Shown piece by piece: positions 12,400 to 26,319 of a DNA stretch of 64,000 bases. The notes below the pieces were generated by a model. That model did no database searches, was not told the DNA's origin, and saw only the letters and a program-made list of their open reading frames with translations. Position numbers and translations under genes: made by a program. The stretch is taken from assembly GCA_951406725.2 (NCBI GenBank), contig OX597829.1, forward strand, positions 54,622,001 through 54,686,000, read 5' to 3'. How positions within the stretch are numbered: position 1 is the first letter of the stretch; every line of letters begins with the position of its first letter. Source of the DNA: Octopus vulgaris. Taxonomy: Eukaryota.

Positions 12400-12790
12400 A
12401 TGTTTATCCACCATGCTGACCCATAGCAAATGAGTTCTTTAAAGTTTGGAGCAAGAAGCATTCTCACTCACACATTTCCGTGGCACAAAAATTCTCCTTG
12501 ATAACAAATATATTGCCATCCACAACCTTCCTAATCCAGCACGTGACCTTATTGAAAACAGTGACCTGTGCACATGATGGTCTGTGGATTGCCCCATGTA
12601 GTGTCTTTTGAAAGACTGATAACTTTTAGAAGATTTTGGGCTGATACATGGATAATAATCAATGACATTTAATTGTTTGAATCTGCTGCTGTTTTTCCTT
12701 TTGGCATTGTTAAATATCAATAAGTGTTGCGGCGTTATTTCGAGACCTCATTGGATTTAAATTATTATTTAACATCAATTTAGTCTCACT
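12400..12790 (-). mobile_element. Penelope-like element RT remnant (second, independent copy)
   Basis: FNNAKRKNSSRFKQLNVIDYYPCISP..LLKVIS..CWIRK..DGNIF..ATEMCE resembles PLE RT FDIVDFYPSI...GAEVCE. Confidence 0.65.
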
Positions 12791-12904
12791 GGTGATGAAT
12801 ACTGCTGAGTGTAAAAGTCAGTTACATGAAATAATCATGTTTTGCTACATATATTTTTTAACAGTCTCTACACTTTTCTAACATAGAATTCCAAATTGCT
12901 AATA

Positions 12905-14329
12905 TACAGGGTGTTTGCAATAAATTTGGTGATTTTTGTTTATGTCTCCATTTTTGTTTTTGTTTTTTGGGGTTTTTTTTTTCTTTCAGAAACAGCTTGA
13001 AGCATTGGTGAACAGTCAACAATGTTGGAGAGCATAAATATTGAAGTTGAAATTGAGAAAAAATTAGCTGACATGGAAGACTGGAAGCCACCTGAATATT
13101 GGGTAAGAGTTACCTGTATCATGAGGATTTGTACCAGGTGTCAAAATGCCTACATCATAACTGTCGCTCAATGCTCTGTGAACATTATAAAGGCTATAAG
13201 ACATGACATGGACATCTTGAAAACCAAGTTTCCCCAAATTGTGGTGATCTTTGGGTGTGCTTTCAGTGAGGGTGACATGTTGCCACCCCACATCTTTCAA
13301 TTCAGACAGGTCTGTGAAGCTGCTGAAGACCGTAGATAAATCCTGACTGGAGAGGATTACTGCTGGAAAGCCATATGTCTGGCAGCAAAATTCAGCTCCT
13401 TCCCATACCTCCAGAAAGAGTCAAAAGTAGTTGTCAAAGGATTGTACAACATCACCAGCCTTTAATTCTTCCAATTGTAATCCAATGGATTACTATGTGA
13501 GGGGCATAATTGAGAAAGACACCATCATCATCATCATTGTTCGACCGTAGTCGAGACAATGGAATTTACCATGCTACGCCAGACTTCACGGTCCATCATG
13601 GCATTACAGAGGTCCTGTTGCTGGATGCCTGTATCCCTGGAGATTACATCAGGGTAGGAAAGTGTGTGCCCTCTGGTATTGCGAGTAGATGGCTTCCAGA
13701 GGAGAAGAGTAGAAATTACTTCTTTTTCAGCTCTACAACAATATCCAGCAAACTGGACTCTCCTACCTTTCACAAGAGATGACACAGGTGGTAGTTTCCC
13801 ATATATTTGCATTTTGGTTGGATGGTGCTTCCATGAGAGATTTTGAGCTCTCATAAGGAGGCGAGTGTAGGGTCCATCCAACCGCCTCTCAAGCTTCTTT
13901 GATAACGTCCAGGTTTCTGAGCCATATAGTAGAATTGGTTCGACTGTGGCTTTGAAGATTTCAAGTTTGAAGTCTCTGCTTAGATTTGATGACCAGATCT
14001 TATGCATGTCACCAACTGCTCTGCTTGTAACACCAAGTCTGAGCCAGTAGCGAAGTTCAAGGAGATGTTCAAAGATCTTCCCAGGGATGCAGTGAGGAAC
14101 ACATATGCCAGGTTCTGAAGCTGTCTTGAGGCCAGGGTTGAAGCTGAGAGCAGCTACTTTGAGTAAAATATTATCTCACAGCCATTTTTTGATTTTTTAA
14201 AAGATATTTCTATCTTTAGACGGTATATCGCGTTCTCTTTTCCTTTTAAGCAAATTCTCGAATTTAGTCGGAACTAATTATATTACATATAATACAGAGG
14301 GTTCAGACTAAATTTTTATACACCCTATA
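12905..14329 (+). mobile_element. Internally deleted Tc1/mariner DD37D (maT-like) transposon, interrupted by an RTE fragment
   Basis: TA-CAGGGTGT start and ACACCCTA-TA end; KTKFP..VVIFGCAFSEGDMLPPHIF, WQQNSAPSHTS, CNPMDYY, ..LEARVEAESSYFE*; homologous to 31376-32140. Confidence 0.75.
13525..14009 (-). mobile_element. 5'-truncated RTE-type LINE 3' end with (GAT)n tail
   Basis: ORF 13534-14007 (EPILLYGSETW, RRVQFAGY); CACCA duplicated at 13520-13524 and 14010-14014. Confidence 0.9.
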
Positions 14330-15934
14330 TGTATCATCACTAGCAATGATGAGAGTAACAGCAGTGGCAGAGGTAGCAGCAGTAACAATGCCATCTTCAT
14401 CATTTTTGTCTTTTACATCTGCTTTTCCATGCTTGCATGTGTTGGAGACAGGTCTTCTCTCACACTGCATTTTACCATTTGTCAGAAATGCCTTCATCGT
14501 CTTTAGGACATTCAGACTTCATAAGATCAACAGTCACTGTTTCTTCCATGCTTCTGTCTTTCACAGATTCTTACCATTTTAATCACTAAGCATTTCTTTA
14601 CCTGACTGTTATTCTCTACATGCCTGTACCAGCACATTCTTCTTTTGTGTAAACTACATTAGTTTCCACAAGATAAACCTGATTATTAAACAAACCCTAA
14701 CCAGAATAAATAAATACCCACTCAATCCTGGAGGCAACAAAATTGTCCAAGAATAATGGGACGGGGGCCTATTGACTTACTCTTACACTTTACTCTCAGA
14801 CTAGATGCAGATATCTTATATGGGACACCACCGTGAGAAGCTCGTTTACTCCATCACATATCATTAATGCTGTGAGTGGGGTCAGTTAATCCATAATGAA
14901 ATAAGACACTGAAATATCTTACATTTATCAATAAATTATATTTTTCAACTTGTGGCTTTTCAGATATTGGTAGGATTTGAACCACTGACAAGGTCACTGT
15001 TTTTCATTTCATTAGTGCTTTGTTGCACATGCTGCACCAGATGAGGTTCTATGCTTGTGCCCAGATGTTCCACCACTTCAAACTCACAATAACCAACAAT
15101 AATGCTGTGAGAGTTTTGAGTGTCACAAAAAAAATTAAGTCAGGTTCACCAGTTTTCCTTGGTTTGAAGAAATGCATACTCCCCTATTTTATAATTCATT
15201 TACTTTTTCATTTTTCTTTCTCTCTCTTCTTACTTTCGTAAATTATCTTCTTATTCATTGTGAAAAAAAGAAAGAAATATGTCTAAAAATATAAAATAGT
15301 GAAATAATTCTAATGAAATATATTTTCCTAATATTCAGTATTTTAAAAACCAACAAGGTTGAAATTTGAGTGTGTGTGTGTGTGTGTGTGTGTGTATGTA
15401 TGCACACACATACACACATATGCATGCACACACAATGCACACACACACACACACACGCACACATACACATGCACACACACACATGCACACACACCCATGC
15501 ACACAAATATATGGCAACCAATTAATCAACTGGTAGAGTTTTTTTAAGTAGCGGATAGATTACTTTGTGGTAATCATTCTGCTACTCCATGAGTTCAAAT
15601 CTCACTGAGATCAACCTTACTTTTCATATTTTCAGGATCATTAAATAAAACACCAGTCCTGTACAGGGGACAATTTTTCTCCTTCTCTCTCTGTCTTTCT
15701 CTCCCCTCCCCCCCTCCTGCCGCTCTTTTTCTGAAAGAAATCCCTTGTAGTCAGAATTGGAGAGGGATGGGTCTGCACCAGATCTAAAATACCCAAGATT
15801 TCCCATATGACACAGTTGCACCCCTACAGACAGTTTAAGCACTCATGGCATGACATAACAAGATGGGCTCATCCTATGCACCCACAAAACTTTAAGTCAT
15901 ATGGAACTATGTCAAACTGCTATTGAAACATACT

Positions 15935-16412
15935 TATGTATGTATGTATGTATGTATGTATGTATGTATGTATGTTATGTATTATGTATGTATGTATGTA
16001 TGTATGTATGTATGTATGTATGTATGTATGTATGTATGTATGTATGTATGTATGTATGTATGTATGTATGTATGTATGTATGTGTGTATGTATATATGTG
16101 TGTATGTGTGTGTATATATGTGTGTATATGTATGTATGTGCGTGCGTGTGTGTATGGATGTATGTGTGTATATGTATGTAAATGTGTATGTATGGGTATA
16201 TGTATGTATGTATGTGTGTATGTGCATGTATGTATGTGTGTATATGTATGTATGTATGTATGTATGTATGGGTGTGTGTATGTGTGTGTGCATGCATGCA
16301 TATGTATGTGTGCATGTATGTATGCATGTATGTCCGTACATGCATATGTATGTGTATATGTATGTATGCATGCATTTATGTGTGTATGCATGTATGCATG
16401 TACGTATGTATT
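15935..16412. repeat. (TATG)n microsatellite
   Basis: Direct reading. Confidence 0.95.
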
Positions 16413-16455
16413 TAGGTAGATAGGTACGTAGGTTGGTAGGTATCTATCTATCTAT

Positions 16456-17250
16456 CAAGAGTTTCCCAAACTTTACATGCCAAACTGCAATATCGCCATC
16501 TATTGGCCAAAAACTGCTCCATTGCCTACCTGTATGAAAAACAAATTTGACACAACCCCTGCCCCCATAGACTCATTGCCGTTTGGCCTAAATATGCGGT
16601 TGTTTACAAATCTCTTATTGTGGGTTTAGTTTTGCCGTTAGTGTCAATAGTATTCTAACGTTAACTCTATATTATACTGACAGATTAACTTCTGGAAACT
16701 TGCGCCTTCCTTTTACACTGATTTTCATTTTCCCCAAATGAACCATTGATCAGAACTACCGATGCAAAAATAATTAATGATTGTATTATAAAGGAAAAAA
16801 TAAAACTTTTTTAGTGAGAACCATGGGTCTGGTGCGATGCAGCTAGTGCAGATACGTTCGGTTTCAAACTTGTCAACTTTAGCCACAAGTCTTCTCGTTG
16901 TGTCACATCCAGTCCAATTCTTTAATGGGAAAGTAAAGTTCCAACATGGTTAAAACCAGACTCAACCAGGTATGAGGTAGGGAAGGCAAGCAAAAATAAT
17001 TTCAGATGTTTCCACAGATTGGGGTAGGAATTCAATATACTCTGATGGTACCACAAACCATCTTTACCATTATAGCAATATCACATTGTGGCGTCATTGT
17101 AAATCTTGGGTAAATTTCCAGTTTACTCCCACCCTTACCTAGTATTCAATTTCAATATTGCCATGCAATAGTAAGCACTTGGTTAAAAATATGTAGGTAC
17201 ACATCCAATAGTATATTGGATATTTAGTATCCCTTAGATGGTTTACTAGC
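16456..17250 (-). mobile_element. hAT (Buster/Charlie-like) transposase C-terminal remnant with terminal sequence
   Basis: YPNLW..LKLFLLAFPTSYLVESGFNHV..DL.LKLTSLKPNV..HQTHGSH* (stop 16811-16813); caagagtttcccaaact TIR-like at 16456. Confidence 0.75.
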
Positions 17251-17284
17251 CTCTAATTCATAGACATATATATATATATATATA

Positions 17285-17795
17285 ATGTGTGTGTATGTGT
17301 TTATGTCTGTGCTTGTCCTCCCATCACTGCTTGATGATCTAAGTTGGTATGTTTACATCCCTGTAAATTACCAGTTTGGCAAAAGAGACTGATAGAATAA
17401 GTACTAGGCTTTAAAAAAAGAATCCTGGAGTCGATTTGTTCAACTAAAACTCTTCAAGGTAGTACCCCAGTATGGTCAAAATCAAATCACTGAAACAAGT
17501 GAAAGATAAAAGATATATATATATATATATATCATCATCATCATCATCATCATTTAACATCCGCTTTCCATGCTAGCATGGGTTGGACAATTTAACTGAG
17601 GACTGGTGAACCACATGGCTGCACCAGACTCCAATCTGATCTGGCAGAGTTTCTGCAGCTGGATGCCCTTCCTAATGCCAACCACTCCAAGAGTGTAGTG
17701 GGTGCTTTTATGTGCCACTGGCACAAGGGCCAGTCTGGCGGTACTGGCAATGGCCATACTCAAATGGTGTTTTATACGTGCCACCTGCACAGGCA
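17285..17795. mobile_element. SINE A tail (+) followed by family C RTE 3' UTR fragment (-, 17533-17795)
   Basis: Matches to other copies. Confidence 0.8.
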
Positions 17796-18559
17796 TGCCG
17801 CCTACATATATATGAATTTGGAGCTAGCATTGGTAGATTTACAACCATTAACAATGATGAAGGTAAAAGGTCAAGAGATTAATTAAAAATGTGAGACATT
17901 ATATGAATGGAACAAAGGAATGAATAATGTGTGAATATACTTGCAGATATAGGCTTCCATACAACTAAACAGGGCATTGTTAGCAATGTAGAAGGCTTGT
18001 TAGCTTTTAAAATTTGAATGACATTTTTTGTGGGTGTAGTTTGGAATGCCTTTTGAATAACAGATGAGTAATAGGGTTTGGTAAAAAGACTGTTTTCCCT
18101 TCATTGTGCAGATAATATAAAGACTATTATTTCCCTCATACATTTTTGCTCTAGAAAGTGTGTTCCATTTAAGATTATATATTATTGAAATATCCTTTAA
18201 AGACTTTGAAGCCAAAGAAGTATGCAGCTGTCATGGTTTTTAAAAGAATGTATGTGCAGATAAAATCTTGATTTGAATAGATTTGAGGTCAAAGCAACTA
18301 AAGCTTTTGAGTTATTGTTAAATGCCAGACACTGGTAGACAGTAACCTTAGATATGCAGTTGAATTCTTGAGAGTTGTTACCAGAATCAAGGCAGTGCTA
18401 TATGTTTGCACTTCTTTTTTATTTTGTAAAAGATTTGTTTTGCTTTTTCAGTTTAATTGTGTTATGCTAAATTATAGTCAAAATTTCAGGTAATTAATAG
18501 AAAAGTTTGACAGTATTTTTATTAAATATTTTTTGCTATTTATGTTTTGTAGGTAAATG

Positions 18560-19200
18560 CTTCTGAAGGAGCTTAAAGATTTGAATAAATACTTTGCTGA
18601 TACACCCCTCCCAATGACTTTTCCAGCTTTTGGAACATGTTAAAGGACATTTTTTTAGAGGTGCTGCACATTTCTTGTAGCAAATTTTGTTTTTCGTTCT
18701 TCTGTCAGCTTAAATTAATGACTTTTCAGGGAGATTTCAACCATGAGATCAAAAATGTCTTCAGTGTCCAAATCTGAGGATAAATGTTGCTAGAGGACAA
18801 GAACCATTTGATGCTTTATCAAAAGAGACATCGATAAAAAAAATGGTCAGTGAGTAGGAGCATTTTCATGGTGAAGTATCTTGGTTTTATTTGTCCCTGC
18901 ATTTGGGATCTTCTTTCACACTGTTTTTCTCAAACACCTCAAACTCTTTATAGATTGTCTGATCACATGGGACAAACTAAAGATAAATGATACCTTTCCA
19001 ATCAAAACTGATAATTAACACCAACTCCACATTTGAGCAGCTCTGGTATACATGTTTTGGTTGCAGCAATGGTAATCTACTCCACTACAATGGCACATTT
19101 TGTTTAACATTGCAGTCCTAATATTCACATTCTACTACTTTACAGAAGTGGCACTTTACAGAAATTTTCATCAGCAAACATTTCCTGACTGTGAAAGAGA
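18560..19200 (-). mobile_element. Mariner (DD34D-type) transposase C-terminal half, heavily decayed
   Basis: LHHENAPTH (HDNAPAH), LSSDLDTEDIF (YSPDLAPCDFF), KSWKSHWEGCI. Confidence 0.6.
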
Positions 19201-19212
19201 TCTATTTTGGTC

Positions 19213-20122
19213 TTATGTATGTATGTATGAATGTATGTATGTGTGTGTGTATGTATGTATGTTTGTATGTATGTATGTATGTATGAATGTATGTATGTGT
19301 GTGTATGTATGTATGTATGTGTGTATGTATGTATGTATGTATGTATGTATGTTTGTATGCATGTATGTATGTATGTATGTGTGTGTGTATGTATGTATGT
19401 ATGTATGTACGTATGTGCGTGTGTATGTATGTATGTGTGCATGTATGTATGTATGTGTGTATGTATGTATGTATGTGTGTATGTATGTATGTATGTACGT
19501 ATGTGCGTGTGTATGTATGTATGTATGTATGTATGTATGTATGTATGTACGTACGTACGTATGTATGTATGTATGTACATATGTGCGTGTGTATGTACGT
19601 ATGTATGTATGTGTGTATGTATGTACGTATGTATGTATGTATGTATGTATGTATGTATGTATGTATGTATGTGTGTATGTATGTATGTTTGCATGTATGT
19701 ATGTGTGTATGTATGTATGTGTGTATGTATGTATGTATGTGTGTATGTATGTATGTATGTATGTATGTATGTATGTATGTATGTATGTATGTATGTATGT
19801 GTGCATGTATGTATGTTTGCATGTATGTATGTATGTATGTGTGTATGTATGTATGTATGTATGTGTGTATGCATGTATGTGTGTATGTATGTATGTGTGT
19901 ATGTATGTATGTGTGTATGTATGTATGTGTGTATTTATGTGTGTATGTATGTATGTATGTATGTATGTGTGTATGTATGTATGCATGCATGTATGTATGT
20001 ATGTATGTATGTATGTATGTATGTATGTATGTATGTATGTATGTATGTATGTATGTATGTATGTATGTATGTGTGCAAGTGTGTGTGAGTGCATGTATGT
20101 GTGTATGTATATGTGTGTGTGT
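19213..20122. repeat. ~900 bp (TATG)n microsatellite
   Basis: Direct reading. Confidence 0.95.
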
Positions 20123-20479
20123 AGAGTTTTTCATCTGACGATATGGTTGGCCACTTCCCTTGATAGTACTTTATTATATCAACCTTGAAAAGACAAAAAA
20201 TAAGGAGGATTTTGAAAAAGCTTGTTGCTGATTACAGAGCAAAAGCTGGAAGCTGACGAGTGAAGACGGGCAATGATTTGGTTATCACTGCCACCCAACC
20301 ATCAAGGGACTGTTACAGTTCAGGGTTGAAATACCCAGTAACAATTCTGACACTGTTTAATGCCATCAACTCCTCCTAGTCAAGGCGACCCACATCAAAA
20401 GTAAATGGAGAAACGTACTTTATGATGTCATCATCCTCTTCTAGTAGATATATATATATGCTACACGTGTGTGTGTGTG

Positions 20480-20870
20480 CATTTTTTACTTATTTTAGCC
20501 ATTGGACTGTGGCCATGCTGGGTTGTCACCTTGAAGGGTTTAGTTGAACAAATTGATCCCAGTGCATATTTTTTAAAGCTTAGTGCTTATTCCATCAGTA
20601 TCTTTTGCTGAACTGTTAAGTTAGAGGGATATAAATAAACTAACACCAGCAGCCAAGCAATGGTGGGGGATAAACACAAATACAAAATATACATACACAT
20701 ACACGTTTACAAGTTTCTTTCAGTTTCTGTTTAACGAATCCCCTTACAAGACTTCAGTTGGCCCAAGGCTATAGTACACGACACTTGGCCAAGGTGACAC
20801 ACAGTGGGACTGAACCTATAACCATGTGGTTGGGAAGCAAACTTCTTATCACACAGCCACACTTGTACCA
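20480..20870 (-). mobile_element. SINE family A copy
   Basis: Reverse complement of head and tail. Confidence 0.8.
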
Positions 20871-20916
20871 TACATACATAATATCTATGCACACACACAC
20901 ACATATACACACACAC

Positions 20917-20922
20917 AGATAA

Positions 20923-20988
<66 letters not shown>

Positions 20989-21096
20989 GATAGATCGATA
21001 GACAGACAGACGGACAGGCGGACAGACGGACAGACGGACAGACGGAAGGGACAGACAGACTGGCAGGTAGGCAGGCAGGCAGGCAGGCAGGCAGGC

Positions 21097-21192
<96 letters not shown>

Positions 21193-21196
21193 GGAC

Positions 21197-21238
<42 letters not shown>

Positions 21239-21285
21239 GCGGACAGGCAGACAGACGGACAGGCAGGCAGGCAGGCAGATAGATA
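20917..21285. repeat. Compound (GATA/GACA/GGCA)n tetranucleotide repeat
   Basis: Direct reading. Confidence 0.95.
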
Positions 21286-21589
21286 CAGAAAGGAAAATTC
21301 AATCATCACTAAATGTGACTAAGGGTACCTAGACACCTACATTGCTAGAAATAGGAGTAAATACTCTTTTTGCTGTCGGAAGAGCACAAATATATACACG
21401 TACACTGACAGGGGAAGAAATTTATTCTTTTCTACCTCCCCATGACTGAATTGAGAATCTCTCAGACTCGATGTCTAGTTTCGATAAAAGAAAAAACTAT
21501 ATCCACAACAATAGGTGTTGAACACAACTCTCTCATTTGTTTGACATGCATGTTTGTGCGTGCATGCATGGGTGTGTGTGTATAAACAT

Positions 21590-22195
21590 GTATACATGCA
21601 TACATACACACATACATACATACACACATACATACATACATACATACATAATACATACATATACATACACACACACACATACATACATACGCACATACAT
21701 ACATACACACATACATACATACATACACGCATACATACATACATACATGCATACATACATACACACATACATACATACATACATACATACATACATACAC
21801 ACATGCATACATACATACACACATGCATACATACATACACACATACATACATACATACATACATACATACACACATACATACATACATACATACACACAT
21901 ACATACATACACATATACATACACACACATACATAAATACATACATACATACATACATACATACATACACACATACATACATACATACATACATACACAC
22001 ATACATACATACACACACATACATACATACACACATACATACATATACACATACACACACACATACATACATACATAAACATACATGTATACATACATAC
22101 ATGCACATACATACATGCATACATACATGTATACATACATACACTCATGCATACACACACACAGATATATACATATACACATATGTACATACATA
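21590..22195. repeat. (TACA)n microsatellite
   Basis: Direct reading. Confidence 0.95.
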
Positions 22196-22196
22196 A

Positions 22197-23975
22197 CAAA
22201 ATGGCCAAGACTAATGCTGGGATACGTAGAAAAGAATAAATTTAATGTCACCTACGCATTTTTTTGTTGATGGTCTTTGTTGATATTCTGGTAATATGAC
22301 CAACATGAAGAGGCAATTAGAACTAGTCACAGCATTCTCACGAGATATAGGTATGGAGTCTGGGCAAGATAAACACTCATACATGATACTCAAACAAGGG
22401 AAGCTTGTTGATCTGGCAGAGAATATGTGCATGAATGGCTTGTCTATCTCTCTTATCTCTAATAACGAAAGCTACAAGTACTCCAGAATTGATGAGAATG
22501 TTGCATATATTGGTGCTGTGACTCTAGTCAGAATAACAAAAGAGTACTTCTGTAGATTCCAGAAAATATAGAACTCAGAGCTCTCTCCATTTAACTTGAC
22601 CATTTCTCACAATGCTTTTGCAGTGTCAGTGCCGGTACCAACATTTGGGATATAGGAGTGGATACTCGATGAGATACACAGCCTTAACATCAAAACCAGG
22701 AAGGTACTGACCACCACTGGCAACTTCCGCATTAACAGCAACACTGATAGGATTTACGTGAGATGAAGTGATGGCAGTAGAGGCATAAAGTCAGTCCAAA
22801 CAACCTTTGAATGTTGCTTTGTATCACTGAGACAACACCTACTGAACAGGAAACAAACAAGTACATTCCATACATACTCAGAAGTGAAGGCAACAAAATC
22901 TCCTGAGTTGGAGAAGAACTACTGTGCAGGTTCGCAGAGAATACAACTGTTTCATGCAACCCAAAGGATGCTGGACTGACCAACCTAAAGAGAAGCTTCA
23001 AAAAGAAGCAGGCATCATATGAGCAAAAAATAATACATGGGTTCATATCCTCTAAGTTAAAGGACAGCAACAACACTGACAGGAAGAGTAGCTTCTCCTG
23101 GACCTGCCAAAGATACATTACATCCCATCTAGAAGGATATACCTTCACTATCCAGGGACAGGAGATAGCTACTAAATACCTGATAAACCAGAGGGACAGA
23201 GGCTCAACAAATCTCCATGCTGTGATAAAATATGTCGGCTCTGCTCTACCACTGTGGAAGATATCCCCCACATGAGCAGCAGCTGCCCTCAAATGTCTAC
23301 AAGATACTATCTGCTCTTGAGGCGTTATATAGTTGTAAAGACTATTTACAAAGCTATCTGCAGGAAGGACCACCCTGGCACATATATCAAAAAGGCATGT
23401 CAGAACCAACATGTATTTATACCTTTAAAAACAAGGAATACTGGTGGAACATCCCAATAAAAACATTATTTCAGTGCAAACATAACAGACCTGATATTGT
23501 TCCGTGGAACTGGGAATAAAAGTCATGCACTGTTGTAGATGTCAGCTGCCCGGCAGATGTGACTGTACTGGAAGAACAGAACATTTATGGCAAATTAATG
23601 AAGACTTACAGCTCTCATAGCCTGACTATAAATTTGTACTATCGTCATAAATGTATTGGGCTATGTGCTTACAAAACCAAGAAATATTAGGTTTTTTTAA
23701 AGAGAGAGCAAAACAAATTGATGATGATGCTCAAAATCCAATCTATTAGCAGCACAGTGAAGATGTGTGAGAGATTCCAGAGATTGTCTATTGGAAATTC
23801 TTTAGATGAATAGATGCATGCACTTGGACGCGTGCATCGACAGTTCAACCAACACATCAACTCAACCACATGTTTGCAAACACTGGGAACCCTCTCAACT
23901 CAACAATCTTTTGTCACTTTGTCAGTGACTGGCTTGAACTCTTTCAAGAAGAACTTAAACAAAACTCAAATGGAA
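22197..23975 (+). mobile_element. 5'-truncated R4/Dong-like non-LTR retrotransposon remnant (RT C-terminus, CCHC finger, restriction-like endonuclease)
   Basis: AFFVD..TAFSRDIGME.GQDK, ESYKY, CRLCSTTVEDIPHMSSSC (Cx2Cx8Hx4C, 23233-23286), KHNRPDIV (23478-23501), VDVSCP, ISSTVKMC. Confidence 0.8.
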
Positions 23976-23979
23976 AATA

Positions 23980-24408
23980 TACACAGATACATACACACAT
24001 ACATACATACATACGCACTCACACATACATACATACACACACTCATACATACACACATACATACATGCATACATACATACACACATACATACACACATAC
24101 ATACATGCACATACATACATACATGCATGCATAGATACACACATACATACATACATACATTCATACATACATACACATACATACATGCATAGATACACAC
24201 ATACATACACACATACATACATACACACACATACATACATACATACATTCATACATTCATACATACATACACATACATTCATACATACATACACATACAT
24301 ACATACATACATACATTCATATGCGCATACATACATGCATGCACACACACATGCATACATGTACACCAGCACACATGCATACATGTACACACGCACATAT
24401 GCACGCAT

Positions 24409-24463
<55 letters not shown>
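23980..24463. repeat. (TACA)n/(CA)n microsatellite
   Basis: Direct reading. Confidence 0.95.
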
Positions 24464-24466
<3 letters not shown>

Positions 24467-24699
24467 TTTGGTTTGGTTTAGTTTGGTGGAACCTTTGCTG
24501 CTTTCCTTAATGCGTTGGAGGGATTACATTTCACTTGTGTTTAATTTTTGGTTTCATTTCTCACCTTAATGCTCTTTCTCCTTTTTAGCATCAAACATCT
24601 CACAAAAGTGTACCAGGTGCATTTCATCATTGTATCATCATTACAGCATTAAGGAGTGGAAAAAAAGGGAAAGATAATAAGACATGGATAAATGGATAC

Positions 24700-24857
24700 A
24701 TGGCGTTAGGAAGGGCATCCAGCTGTAGAAACACTGCCAGATCAGACTGGAGCCTGGTGCAGCCTCCTGGCTTCCCAGATCCCCGGTTGAACCGTCCAAC
24801 CCATGCTAGCATGGAAAGCGGACGTTAAACGATGATGTTGATGATGATGATGATGAT
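24700..24857 (+). mobile_element. Family C RTE 3' terminus with (GAT)n tail
   Basis: ggcgttaggaagggcatccagctg...gacgttaaacgatgatg. Confidence 0.85.
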
Positions 24858-26319
24858 GCCTATCTAATCAATATCATTTTGACATGTCTAAAGACAAGCA
24901 AGAGAGAGGGGAGGGGCTAGGGTGACAAGGACAAAAGAGGAAAGTTTACAACAACTAAGAGGAACCAGACCAATCCTGCAGCCTCTGTGGTTACAGTGGG
25001 AACAATACATGTTGAATGGAAGATGTCTCTAACAAGATATTCTTGAATGAATTTTTGGTAATTACCAGTATGATTATTTGGTTCAGTAGATGTCAATGGA
25101 AAGAATAAAATTCCATTGGGATTTTAAATACAAAAATATTTATTTTCATCATTAAGAAATTGTATTGTTGTTACTACCAATGACAACAAAAATGTATATA
25201 CACCAAGACAGATGGTTCAAAGTTTGTGTGAGATGTAGATGCAGTAATAAACGACAGAATCCATTGTCGTGTAATTTTAGCAATTAGCTGATTTAGCTGC
25301 ATCGATGTCATAATTGTCATCACCCATTGTCTTGGCTGGTATGGACACTACTTACAGCTGACTGTCTTAAAGAATGTGCCACTACTTGCAGCAGGTAGAG
25401 ACACAGTGGTATTTATAGCTATTTCTTTCAATGAGGAAACAATACCAAAAAATGGAATTGTTGATGAGATCCTGTTTTATGTGGATGTTCCTTAAAGTGG
25501 TCAGTTCCTTAAAGCAATCTCTTCTATGTGCAAAGAGTCTATAAAATGTAACTTCCTTGCTTCCTAGTCTTTACTTTCAGATGATTGACTCTGCAAAAGG
25601 TTTCTCAAAGTTTATTGTATATGTGCTCTGTTCATACGGTCTGTTTTTCCTCTATTGGTCACAAATCTATATTCTTATTCACCTTAAATGTGATATTTAT
25701 GAAAAGCTGATTCGTCAGATCCCAATTCTTACAATTCTCAATAGATTCATATTATTTTCCTTTTTCACTTTTACATTATACCTTTAAGGAGTTCTTCTTC
25801 CAAACAGAGTGTGTATGTATTTGCATATTTTACAGACTGGATATTACTGTGTGTGTGTGTTTGATCTCATGCTCATACGCTTGAATGCAATAATTTAGGG
25901 TCTTGATATTGAAACTGTAATATTCAGGTGAAGTGATAGTGATGCACTAACATATGTGCAATGTCAGTGCACCACTATCACTTGGTTGTCAGCATTCAGT
26001 GACTGGGCAGAGAGTTGAGCTCTACTTATCAATTGTATGATCTGCAGTCAATTAAACTGATCCTGCTACTTGACAATTGCCATACTTTATCAAACCTAGA
26101 AGATTGAAGTGCAAATTAATCAGCTGAGAACATATATCACAAAACATTTTGTTCAAAGTTCTACTAATTCTGCCAATCCTTTACCCTAATAAAATTATAC
26201 AAAGAATATATTTTCATTATGGATGAATCATTGTCATTGTATTTAAATATTCAAGAAAAGCACATGATTCTTCATGAGTTCATCAATGTAGCTAACTAAA
26301 AATATACCAGTAAGATAAC

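Noticed and set aside
10445-12660. Single Penelope element split by a 2.2 kb inversion
   Set aside because: The minus copy continues past the supposed breakpoint through the same RT motifs and differs at nucleotide level, so these are independent copies
19100-22251. 200-360 aa MYVC/HTYI ORFs (and similar ones elsewhere)
   Set aside because: Translations of (TATG)n arrays
24960-25500. Possible decayed LINE APE endonuclease region
   Set aside because: Only faint motif echoes (NVYTP, YFFQ); not supportable without a profile search
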